64,000 nt of DNA. Source: Hyaloraphidium curvatum SAG 235-1. Taxonomy: Eukaryota > Fungi > Monoblepharomycota. The notes beneath the pieces were generated by a model, which saw only the letters and a program-made list of their open reading frames with translations, did not search any database and had not been told where the DNA came from. The position numbers and the translations under genes were made by a program. The DNA is taken from positions 434,001 through 498,000 of the forward strand of contig JAIVFI010000001.1 of assembly GCA_025558095.1 (NCBI GenBank). Direction: 5' to 3'. Every line of letters begins with the position of its first letter. Position 1 is the first letter of the stretch. Below are positions 31,608 to 42,343 of this stretch, piece by piece.

Positions 31608-34568
31608 TCACGCGCTCTTCAGCTTTGCGACCAGCTCCTTGGCCAGCCCTACGACCGCAGGCACGTCCACCACCGTGTCCGAGTAGATCCTGTACAGCCA
31701 CGACGGGTCGTAGCAGCACACGTGCGGCGCCACCCAGCGCAGCCCCTGAATGCGGCGGGCGTCGTCCTCGGGGAGGTGCGTCAGGCCACCCTTGCTCGGC
31801 GGCGCGCTCTCGGGCGGCACCGTGGCTTTTTCGTCGTGGTTCTCCCACGTTCCGTAGGCGAACCCGCGCAGCTCGGCCATGCGGCGGTACACGCGGTACT
31901 CGCTCGAGTTGACGCCGTACGGGAACATCTCCAGGATCGCCGCGCGTTCCGCCAGCATCGCCAGGCCGAGCATCGAACCGTGCATCCCCACGATCAGGTC
32001 CGCAGAACGGAGCAGCGCGACGAGCTCCCTGGGCCCGTGGGTCTCGAGGGCGACCGCCTCGACCGCGTGGTCGGGGAAGGCGTCGGCCAGGCCGGCGGCC
32101 AGCACGCGCTCGTTGAGGATCAGCCGGTCCGACCTGCGGGCAAAGAGGAGCACGCGGGGCTTCGCGGGCGGCGCGGGACCGGGGTCGGCGAGCACGCGGC
32201 GGGCGAGGAACTCGGCTGCGCGCGACGCGGCGGCGGCCTTGCGAGACAGGTCGGCCGAATCATCGTCCACGGGGCGCTGCGGTGCGTACAGGCCGTAGTC
32301 GTACCACACCGTGTCGCGGCGCAGGCCGACCACGGCGTCCTTCCAGACGTGCACCGATCCATCCGCCGCGGCCGCCCGGAGCGAAAAGTCGCGGGCCTTG
32401 AACGAGGATGCGAGTACGGCAAGGTCGTCCGTGCCGGCGGATGCGGGGGGCAACTTGCGCAGCCAGTATCGCTCCAGTGCCGTGCGGCCTGAAGGATCCT
32501 CGCGATGATCTGCGGCGACAAAGTCGACGCCGTGCAGGCCGGGTTCCTCGTCGCCGAACGCATCGGGAGAAAACTCGGCGACGGTGGCCAGCAGCGGAAG
32601 CACGTCATCGTGGAGCAGGTGAAAGACGTTGGAGGGAAGGAAGCGCGAGAAGAAGTGCGTGCGGCGGTCGTGCGAAACCACACTGCCGGTCGGCACGGTC
32701 TCTTCGACACCGACCACGAACTTGAAGTTGGCGTGTCCCGCGATCGATCCGGCGTCCGTCAGGTACAGCTGTTTCGGGAGCGCTGCGGCCTTGGGCGAGA
32801 CGAGGAAGAATCCGGCGTCCTTGCTATAGTACAGGTTCTCGATCTTGCACACGGGGTTCTTTCCGTCCGCGGCGTCGACGCAGTCGACCGTGGAGGTCCC
32901 CGAAAGCTCGTCGGTCTTGGGCGGAAACGCGGCGGCGAGGTCGCTCCTGGCCAGGCGCGGCGCAGGCGTAGCCACGGGGCGGATGTCGACCCTGAACGGG
33001 ATTCGAAGGTGAGCGCGGACGGATCGGGCGGGGCGGAGGACAACCCACGTTCCCATGGTCGCGACGATGCCCATGGTGGGAGCAGCGGCAAGAGTTTGAA
33101 AAGCGCCGATGGTAGGAAGGGCAGTGCCGAGCAAGCTGGCGCGGAAATCGATCGGCGCTGCGCGGGACGAGGCGGATGGGGCACCACTCACGTGCCCATG
33201 GGGTCCATGGAGGCCGCGCCCAGGGTGTGGTCGGCGCCGAGGGTTCGGGACGCGGCCAGGGTGTGATCGGCGGCGAGCGTGCGCGCGGCGCCCAAGGTGT
33301 GGGCCGCGCCCAGGGTTCGGACGGCGCCGAGGGTGTAATCTGCTCCGAGGGTCTGCACCGCGGCAAGCGTCCGAGCAGCTCCGAGCGGGGGCGCTGCACC
33401 CAGGGTCCGAGCAATACCGAGGGTCTGCGCGTCCCCGAGGGTCTCGAGAGCACCCAGGGTCAGAGCCGCACCCAGGTACGTGCGAGCGACGTCAAGGGTG
33501 GCTTCGGTGCTGGTGCGCGTGGAATCGATCAGTATCCTGCGGGAGCAAACGGGCCGCAAATCACCCACGCGCCGAAGGTCTGGGCCGCACCCAGGATTTG
33601 AGCCGCATCAAGGGTGTATGCCGCGCCAAGGGTGTGCTCCACGCCGAGGGTGTGAGCCGTGCCGAGCGTCCGATCTGCACCAAGTGTGTGCGCAGCGCCG
33701 AGGGTGTGATCCGCACCGAGGGTCCGAGCCGCACCGACGGTCAGGACCGCGCCGGGAGTTTGAGCCGCACCAAGCGTATAAGCCGCACCGACGGTACGAT
33801 CAGCACCCAGGGTGTGAGCCGGACCCAGGGTGCGAGCGACGCCAAGGGTGGCTTCGGCACTGGCGCGGCAATCGATCAGCAGTGGCGCGAACAAAGCACA
33901 TTGACGCCACCCACGCGCCCAGGGTGTGCACTGCGCCGAGGGTTTGAGCCGCGCCAATGGTCTCGGCAGCGCCCAGCGTGCGTGCCGCGCCGAGGGTGGC
34001 ACCGAGGGTGAAATCAGCACCGAGCGTGCAACCAGCGCTGCCGCGGCGAACGATCAGCGTCCCGCTCCGGCGGGAAAGAACGGGCGGAATTACATTCCCA
34101 CGGTGGCGTCGCTGCTGGCGAGATCGGACGCCGATTCGCCGTGAGGGGTAGGCGGCGTTGGTCACGGTCTGGCCGGCCGGGCGGGCCATGCACCTACCCC
34201 GTCGGCGTGGCCTTCAGCGTGCCGGCGAGTGTGCGGGCGATCTCCAGAGTGTGATCCCACGCAATGCCGCGGCCGGCCGTATCGCCGGAGGGGGGTTCCT
34301 GGGTGGCCGGCGGGCCGAGTTCGGCGGCGGCGGCGAAGCGGACTGCCGCGTGCGCGCCCGCCCGGGCGAGTGCGGCCTCCGCGGTGCCGTTGGCGACGAA
34401 ATAAGCATTCTTCCGCACGGTTTCCAGCGCCGCCGCCGCGCCGTCGGGCGCGCGGCCGAGGTGCGGCGCGCGCCACCCGGCCGCGGCGAGGTCCGAACCG
34501 CCGGGCGCCGCGCCGCGCCCAGCGAGGACAAAGGCGAGCGGGAGGAGGGCGAGCAGGCGGAGCGCCAT
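31608..34568 (-). CDS. POMGNT2-like GT61 glycosyltransferase with N-terminal signal and TLGAxx hexapeptide-repeat stalk (about 7 exons)
   Basis: Signal MALRLLALLPLAFVLA, repeat exons, then a catalytic exon with NVFHLLHDDVLPL, WYDYGLYAPQRP, RLILNE, GMHGSML, EMFPYGVN, GGLTHL and HVCCYDPSWLYRIYSDTVVD. Confidence 0.82.
33050..34030 (-). repeat. 18-bp coding minisatellite, (TLGAxx) x ~45, interrupted by related introns
   Basis: accct(c/g)gg(c/t)gc.g....-type units; the introns end in a shared c.gatcg...cgcg..cag sequence. Confidence 0.9.
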
Positions 34569-35092
34569 TCTGAGAGGTTGCCGCGGCGGATTCGGCGGGG
34601 GAAAAGGGCGGGAGGAAATGGCGCACGGGCCGGCGGGTCGTCAGCTGTCATCAGCATCGGCCGGCCGGCGTCAGCGCCGCTTTCCCGCCCGCACCTCCGA
34701 TCTCTCTTACGATACGAATCCGTCGGCCACGAAGGCAAGCCACGGACGAAGTTGGCGGAAGGGCGGAATCAATACATGGTCCGCGGAACAGAGGGCAGGA
34801 GATGGCGCCGGTCGTCGCCACATCGACCCTCCACGGAATTGCATTCAGGCGCCATCCTGCATTTACCGTTGGAGAACCCGTTCCCGCGGGGTCCTGGAAG
34901 GACGGCACCGCCTCCCTGGTCCTCTTTCCCCCGCCGTGCTAGCCTCCCATCCGGCCCCAGCAGAAGCGCGGTCCTCTGCCCTACGCATCCACGAATCCGC
35001 CATCGCAATGGACCGAGGGTCCGCTCACCCGCTCAGAGACGCAGCCCATTCTCTCTGTGTCCAACCACGAGTATCTACACGCGACTCCCGCC

Positions 35093-36996
35093 TCATCCTC
35101 GCCGCGTGACCGTGACCGTCCTCGCCGCCCTCGTCACCGTCACCGTCCGCACGGCCGTCCGCGCCGCCTTAGTCACCGTAACCGTCCGCACGGCTTTCAG
35201 CCTCGCCGGCGCCGACACCGTGACCGTTACGGTGGCGGTGGGATTGCACACGGCCGTGGTCGCGGGCGCCTTGGTCGTGGTCGGCGCGGGGGCCTTGGTC
35301 GTGGTCGGCGCGGGGGCCTTGCTCGTCGTCGGAGCTGGCGCCTTGGTCGTCGTAGGCGCGGGCGCCTTGGTCGTCGTCGCGCCCGCCGGCGCGAGGTTGA
35401 ACAGCAGGCACCACCGCAGCAGCACCCCCTTGTCCTGCGCCGCCTGGTCCGTCAGGGTGAGCCGCCAGGTGCCCTCGGCCGACGCCCCCGCGAACCCGGA
35501 CAGCGGCTGCGCGGGCTTGGCCGAGGCCGAGGGGGCGCACGCGAACGAGGACGCGGCCGAGTCGTCGAACACCGTGTCGTACCGCTGCGGCGTGGAGCAG
35601 CTCGCCGGGCGGGCAAACAGGCTCGCCGTGCGGGGGTTGCTAATGCGTTGGAGGGTCGCCGAGACGTCGTTGGGCCAGGTGTGGTTCCACGCGACCTGCA
35701 CGTCCAGGTCGGCGACGGTGCCGGCGCCGGCGGGCACGACGATGTCGGACGAGACGGTGCTGACGTCGGGGATCTCGGCGTTGGGGGTGGCGCAGAACGA
35801 GCCGGGGCGGACGGTGGTCGTCGTGCGCTGACGTTGGAGGGGGGATGTCAGCTGCTGCATTGCACGACGCGCATGCACGGTAAACGCACCGTCTGGGTGG
35901 TCTGGGACTTGGTCGACGTCCTGGACGCCGAGGTCGTCGTCGGGCCCTTTGTCGACGAGCTCCGCGTCGACGTCGTCCGCGTCGTCGAGGTCGTCTGCGT
36001 CGTGGTGGTCCCCACCACCGCGTACCCGCCGTTGGCCGCCACCTGCCCGTCGATCCACGCCGCCAGCGCGCTCACGCGGGAGTACACCCCCGCCGCGGTT
36101 GCGCACCCGTTGCCCCAGGAGGTGATCCCCACCTGCACAAACTGCCCGTTGACGGTCGCGAACAAGGGCCCCCCGGAGTCGCCCTGGCACGTGTCGCGGC
36201 CGTCCCCGCGCCCGGCGCACATTCCCGTCGCGTAGTCCGCCGAGCCGTCCGCGTACCCCGCGTTCCTGCACTCCGCGGGGGTGAGGTACGGCAGGTCCAC
36301 CTCGAGCAGCGAATCCGAGGTGGATCCGCCCGAGGAGGTCGTGCCGAAGCCGATGGCCTTGAGCGTGTCCCCCTGCGCGGGGAAGGACGCGTTGCGGTTC
36401 AGCTGCACGTAGGCGGGGCGGTAGGTCCCGTCGCCGGCGTTGGCGCCCGTGGGGGGGTTGAGGATGATGAGGGCGACGTCGTTGGCCATCGTGCCGGAGT
36501 TGTACTGCGGGTGCTGTATGACCGTTCGGCCTGCAAGATGGGTCAGCGCCCGGACAGGAGCGGCAGAAATGCCACACACCGGTGTAAACGATGTCCTGGG
36601 ACGTGTCCTGGCTGCGGCGCAGGCGGTACGTGACGGCGGTCCAGCTGGGGCCGGTGGTGCCGACGACGCAGTGCGCGGCGGTGAGGAGGATGTTCGGGGC
36701 GATCAGGCTGCCGCCGCAGCTGCGACGGGGGAGGCGTCAGCTGAGTTCTAGCAGTCCGCAGGAGCGACTCACAGGAAGGACGAGGTGATGACGGCGAAGA
36801 AGGGGTAGGAGGAAGGCGACGGCACCGCCGAGCCGCCGACGATGCGCTGCGGCCCCTCGCCGGGCCCGCCGCCGACGGCCACCGCCGCGTCGCGATCTGC
36901 AAACAGCTGCCGCGGGTACTGCCGCGGCGCCGCGGCCGCCGGGTGCGCGAGGGCGGCGGCCGCGAGGAGCACCGCCAGCGCCGCGAGGGCCGGCAT
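35093..36996 (-). CDS. Secreted trypsin-like (S1A) protease + proprotein-convertase P-domain + Thr/Pro repeats
   Basis: Signal MPALAALAVLLAAAALA, R|IVGG, CGGSLIAPNILLTAAHCV, NDVAL, DTCQGDSGGP, GITSWGNGCA. P-domain: IPD..TVSSDIVV...DLDVQVAWNHTWPND...FAGASAEGTWRLTLTDQAAQDKG.L.RWCL. (TTTKAPAP) x ~5. Three introns. Confidence 0.92.
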
Positions 36997-37708
36997 TCTG
37001 GGCGGCGGAGGGGCGGCGCGGGGCGAATCGCGCGTGCGGCTGGCCGGTCGTGTTGGAGAGGCCATGGATCTGTCTGGTGCGGCCGTCGGAGGGCCGCGTG
37101 AGCGTGGCATGGTGTGAGTGGCAATGAGTGACGGCGTCCTGGTCAGCGGCCGGGCGGCGTCAGGCCCAGGGGTTGCCGCAAACACAGCGATCCTCGAAAA
37201 TTGGATTGGTCATCGGGGCTGCCGCCGGTGGCGAACTCGGAATGCCGATCGGCTCGCAGGATCGTCCTCCGCGAATTCAGGGCGCAATTGGCCTTTTCGG
37301 TGCCCCAGGGTCGAGTGGAGTGTCTGCACTAGAGGCAATCGTTGCCAAGTCCAGATCCGCGTCACCGCGTTGCGAACCAGAGCTCCTAGCGCCGACAACA
37401 CATCCGTTCCAGCACTCTCCGCGACCGAGCAGTGTGCAAAGAAAATAGCTCATTTTCAGTTCGTTCCCCCGGCCGACGGCGGATCGAAGCTGTGCTGCCG
37501 CCGGATGCCGTCGGCGCGGGGAGTGGGTGGGTCCACGACCGCGCCGGTCGCGACAGCGACAGTGCACCGCCCTCACGCCGGTCCTTCTGCTGCGCAGTAC
37601 AGAGGAGGGCGGTGGGACCTGCATCTTGTACTCGGACGTACCAACTCATCACACTGCCGAACGCCAGCTTATCACTCCCTTAAGCTCACCGAAGCCCCAC
37701 CTCTCACG

Positions 37709-38298
37709 ATGGAGACCGTCAGGGTCTTCCTGAACCATTGGGACACCAGGCAGAATGCGTGGCATAGGCTTACCACGGACCTGGTCGTGCCCAGCGCCCC
37801 GGTGCAGGCCGCGATCGGCCTCGCCCGCGCGGGTTACGCGGAAGCCCTGGGCGAGGCGAGCCGTACAGGCTGTTCGAGGGCGAGAGCATCGCGTCCCTCG
37901 GGCTCCCGGAGTGCGCCAACTGCGGCGCCTTCGGCACCGTGAACCTCACGCGCGGGATCTTCGCCTTGCTTTCCGCGCCGCCGGAACCCGCGTCGGCCCC
38001 GCTTTTGCCGCCGCCGGTGACGCTGCATCACTACGTGGTGCCGCACTGCCAGCGCACGGCCGAATGCGGGCGCGTCGCTGAGGCGATGATCGAAGAGGCG
38101 GTTCGGAGGTCCAAGGAGGAAACCGACGCCTTCAACGCCATGAGCCGCAAGAGGTGCTACAAGTGCGGGAAGCTCGGAGACGACGACCCGGCAGGGTTGC
38201 AGAGGTGCTCTCGGTGCCGCAACGCGTTCTACTGCGGGCGGCGGTGCCAGCAAGACGACTGGTCGAGGCACAGGGCGGAGTGCAGGGAGGTTTCGTAG
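37709..38298 (+). pseudogene. MYND zinc-finger protein with an apparent frameshift
   Basis: C-terminal CYKCGK...RCSRCRNAFYCGRRCQQDDWSRHRAEC. The ATG-37709 frame and the MYND frame switch near 37855-37870 with no usable intron. Confidence 0.65.
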
Positions 38299-38475
38299 CG
38301 TAAACCTTGCGCACGGCAGACCTTGACGGCGGATCTTGAGGAGAGATGTGCTCACATGAACGCACCCGACCGTTCTTCCGGCACGGTGATGCCTTGTGTG
38401 TCTGGGACGAGCAGAGCAGAGTCCGAAACCTCGATTGAAAAAGCGCAAGGGTATTCCCGTCCCGCGTCCGACCGC

Positions 38476-39248
38476 CTACGAGTCCGCCGCCCACTCATTC
38501 TCCCTCCGGATCTGCTCCTCCTCCTCCGGGGTAAAGTCGTTCTCGATCTTCGCCCGGGTCGGGTCAGCCCCTTCCCTCCCTCCTCCGCGGCGAGACCACC
38601 CACGTTGAACATCTCCCTGATCTGCTCCGGCGTCTTGCCCTTGATCATGTTTGCCACGGTCTTGCAGCCGAGGTCGAGCAGAGGCTTGATGTCCATGTAG
38701 TTTGCGGCGAGGATGAGCTCGAAGAGCTGGTCGTTCTCGACCTTGACAAAGTCGGCGTCCCATTCCTGTTCGTGGGGCCAGGTGAGATGGTGGGTGGGGG
38801 CGGGAAGTGGGGGGAGGACCTCGATGTCGTCCGAGCGCTTCCGCGTGTCGTCGTTGTCGTCCTCGGCCGTCGGCAGGGGGTCGCCCTTGTGGTGCTCGCA
38901 GTACTCGATGACCTGATCCCATGAGCAACAGAAAGAGACGTCGGAAGGGTCCGACATGGGTCCCGGAACGCGTCGATGGAAATGCCGGGAATGAGCCCTT
39001 GCAGAGTGCCCAGCCCGCCCTCCCCACCTTCTTCAGGATGCTCCCCGACACGTTCGGCAGCGGGATCGGTGCGTCGCTCTCCCCCACGTCCTCGAGCATG
39101 TTCTTGAGCAGCACGCTCCGCTCGGCGACCTTTTCGAAGGACGCGGGCCGATGAGCGGTGAGGCGGCGATGGGGCCGCCAACGGGGCGCACCTCGCGCTC
39201 GACGGTGAAGGCGACCGAGTCGCTCGAGGTGAGCGTGATCGTCGGCAT
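38476..39248 (-). CDS. SKP1: S-phase kinase-associated protein 1 (SCF subunit)
   Basis: [98 protein letters not shown]. Four introns. Confidence 0.97.
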
Positions 39249-39407
39249 GACGGAGGGGCGGGGCCGGGGGAACGGGGTGGGGAGGTCGATTGAGATGAGG
39301 TTGAGACGCCAGCTACCCGAAAACTCCTAAGCAGCGTTCCACCGACGCCTCCATTGAAAGGGGCCGCCTTCCAGGCCGAATCTCCGGCTCCTGACCTCAG
39401 CTTACCT

Positions 39408-40638
39408 CTACAACGGTATTTCGCCGCTCCCGCTCGTGTCTTCCTCGTCCTCCTCCCCGGTGTAGCAATAATGCCTTAGTGGCGGAAGGTGAGAGGCGGA
39501 TCGGTTCGCCCGGGCGACCCACTCGGCGTCACGGAGGATGAATCGGCGTTCCTCTGGCGAGACAAACTTGGCCCACAGGTGCAGCTGCTCGAAGGCCGGC
39601 TCGGGCTCCCTTTCGGCGACCCAAATCTTGAACGACACGATGCCGATCCGCTGCCGCATGGGCGGTCTCGACGCGCGAGATCTGTCCTTTCGGAATTGTG
39701 TGGTAGCAAATCTGGATGCACAGCTCCCGCGCACGCGGGACGGCTGCGCAGAGCAGCGCGGTCGAGAAGAAGCCGATCTGGAGCCGGCCGATCGCGTTCT
39801 CCGTGCTGCAGATGGCGGTCCACAGCTCAGTGTCCGGCTTGTACCTCTCGAAATTTAGCGTCAGGTCACGCAGGTTGAGCAGGGAATGGCGGAAGAAGAT
39901 CGGAGCAAGGGACCGGGGGTTCCCGTACAGGGTGTCCACGGCCGACACGAGGCGGGGATGGTGCGACGCCATGCGAGCAAGAAACGCGGAATCCTGATCC
40001 GCGATGAATAGATCGAGTGAACGGAGATTCGGGCTGCGCTCGTCGATGGCTGGCAGCACGGCTCCAGGCAGGGAACACCCAGAAAGAAAGAAGTACAAGA
40101 CCTCAAGTGACGACGGGTAGACAAAGCCAGAGAGCCGCTCGCAAAGCTGCTGCTCTTCGAGGTGAAAACGCAGCTCCTTCAGATGCTGGAGCTCCCCGAC
40201 GGCTCCCGAAATGGCGTCCAGGGTCGCGATGGAGGGATCCACCAACTGAATTATCTGAACGCACGTTGCTGCCCGAAACCAAGCGACGACCGCCTCTGGC
40301 TCCACCCGGGCACGACTGAAACTCCAGCTGAACACGCGGAAATCACGTATCATGCTCGCAAGCACCGGGCTGTCCAGGACGCGGCGGAACGCCGGCAAAG
40401 AAGCCGCCGTCTCGTCAACGGAGTGCAGCAGGATCGGCATCGCTAGCTCATGGAACTCCTTCGAGGCAGCAGCACAACGTGCCAAAGCTTTCTTGTCCCT
40501 TTGAAGGCGCCAGAACACGTCCGTCCAGAGCTCGGGCGGGAGGCGGGGCGCGTCGGGCTCGGCCGTCGGGACGCTCTGGGGACGCGGAGCAACATCCGGC
40601 TCGGCGGAACCGCTCTCCGAGTCCGCAGGAGCGATCAT
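39408..40638 (-). CDS. F-box protein with LRR-like C-terminal region (possible frameshift at ~39660)
   Basis: PRLPPELWTDVFWRL...ALARCAAASKEFHELAMPILL, followed by LxxLxL repeats. The natural-looking C-terminus continues in the 39408-39734 frame. Confidence 0.75.
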
Positions 40639-41119
40639 TGCGCCGGAGAAGGGGAGCGTGTTCGGAAGGAAGCTCGATGGGCGAGTCGCGTTCGACTGAT
40701 GACATGTCGGAGTCTCCGACACTCGCCCAATCAATCGATCAATATTACCGAGTGACCCAGGAAGTGCCTACAGTAGCTTGGAACCTCTTTTGCGCTATCC
40801 AACTTTGCTCCGTGATGCTGCGTTTGAGTCCTTCTTTCCCCTGTCGATGCTTGCTCGATTGATGTCGCCGCTTCGGCCAAAATCTGGTGGTTCACCCTCT
40901 TCTCGTCGTCATTCAGAGGAAACGGCTGATCCAGTATCCACGTACTGGCTCCCAGGTCCCCCCAGCCCACGGCAAGACAGACGGTCGCGGCGAAAATCCG
41001 CCTCCTACAGAAATCCGCTAAGGTCTCCTGCACCGAACACCCCGGGCCGAATCCCGTCCATCGCGGCCTCTGTTGCTTAATTTGCGCCGGCAAATTGACA
41101 CGGTCGCACCGAGAACGCG

Positions 41120-42343
41120 ATGGAGGAGCAGCTGCACATCCGCACGCCGCTCGTCCGCAGCGCGTTCCTCAGCCGGCAGCTGGGCTGCACGGCGCTGCTC
41201 AAGCTGGAGAGCCTGCAGCCGCCCGGGTCGTTCAAGGCGCGCGGTGTCGGGCTCGTCTGCCGGCGGGCGTTCAACCGCGGGGCGAGGAACTTCGTCATCG
41301 CGTCGGGGGGCAACGCCGGGCTGGCGGCGGCGCACGCGGCGCACGTGCTGGGCGCCCGCTGCACCGTTGTCCTACCGGAGACGACTTCGGAAAAAGTGAA
41401 GAAGTTGCTGGAAGCGCGAGACGCCGAGGTCGTCGTGTTTGGTTCGGCGTGGGACCTCGCCGCCCAGCACGCAAAGGACCTCGCCGCCGCCGACCCCTCC
41501 GCCTTTCTGCTGCACCCGTTCGAGGGCGCAGACCTGTGGGAGGGTCATTCGTCGCTCGTGCTGGAGCTGGCCGACGACCTCCCCGCCCCGCCGACCGCGA
41601 TCGTCTGCTCCGTGGGAGGCGGCGGGCTGCTCGCCGGGATCCTGCTGGGCCTCTCGCGCGCCGGCAGGGGCTGGGACGCGGTGCCGGTGATCGCGGCAGA
41701 AACGGTGGGAGCGGACAGCTTCCGGCACGCGCTCTCGGTCGGCAGGGCCGCGCCGCTGCAGGGGGGCATCACCTCCGTCGCCACCTCCCTCGGGGCGATA
41801 ACCGCCTCGCAGGGCGCCGTGGACGCTGCCAGGGCGCACCCGGGCAAGGTCATCTCGGCCGCGGTATCCGACGCCGAAGCCGTCGCCGCGCTGGCCGCCT
41901 TTGCCGACGCGGAGCGGATGCTCGTCGAGCCGGCCTGCTCCGCGGGGCTCGCCCTCGCGCTGGGCGACCGCCGACTGAAGTCCCTGCTGCCCAATCTGGA
42001 CTCCACCTCGACCGTCGTCTTTGTCGTCTGCGGCGGCGCGGGCGTCGACCTCGCCGCCATCTCCAAGTGGACCGACCTCGTTGCCTCTTCCCCGCCACCG
42101 CCCATTCCCCCACCAATCACCGTCGGCGGCCGCCGGCCCACCACCGCCGCCCCCCCCGCGCCGCGCAAGGTCCCCACTATGAGCGTACACCAGGACGAGG
42201 GCGACGGCATCTTCATCTCCGCGGGGGGCGTCGTGATGGACATGTCGTCCAACAGGGACGTGAGCGGGGAGGGGGAGAAGCTGCTCGAGGGGGTGGAGAG
42301 GCTGGGGAGGAGGGTGATGGGGCTCAAAAGGGTGGATCCGTAG
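41120..42343 (+). CDS. PLP-dependent L-serine/threonine dehydratase (SDS/CHA1 family)
   Basis: LHIRTPL, KLESLQPPGSFKARG (PLP Lys), ASGGNAG, SVGGGGL, ITSVATSLG, LVEPAC. Confidence 0.92.
   Translation: MEEQLHIRTPLVRSAFLSRQLGCTALLKLESLQPPGSFKARGVGLVCRRAFNRGARNFVIASGGNAGLAAAHAAHVLGARCTVVLPETTSEKVKKLLEARDAEVVVFGSAWDLAAQHAKDLAAADPSAFLLHPFEGADLWEGHSSLVLELADDLPAPPTAIVCSVGGGGLLAGILLGLSRAGRGWDAVPVIAAETVGADSFRHALSVGRAAPLQGGITSVATSLGAITASQGAVDAARAHPGKVISAAVSDAEAVAALAAFADAERMLVEPACSAGLALALGDRRLKSLLPNLDSTSTVVFVVCGGAGVDLAAISKWTDLVASSPPPPIPPPITVGGRRPTTAAPPAPRKVPTMSVHQDEGDGIFISAGGVVMDMSSNRDVSGEGEKLLEGVERLGRRVMGLKRVDP

Noticed and set aside
33050-34030. Regular repeat array that might be taken for CRISPR
   Set aside because: The units are contiguous degenerate 18-mers with codon-position variation, there are no unique spacers and no cas genes, and the context is eukaryotic and intron-containing.
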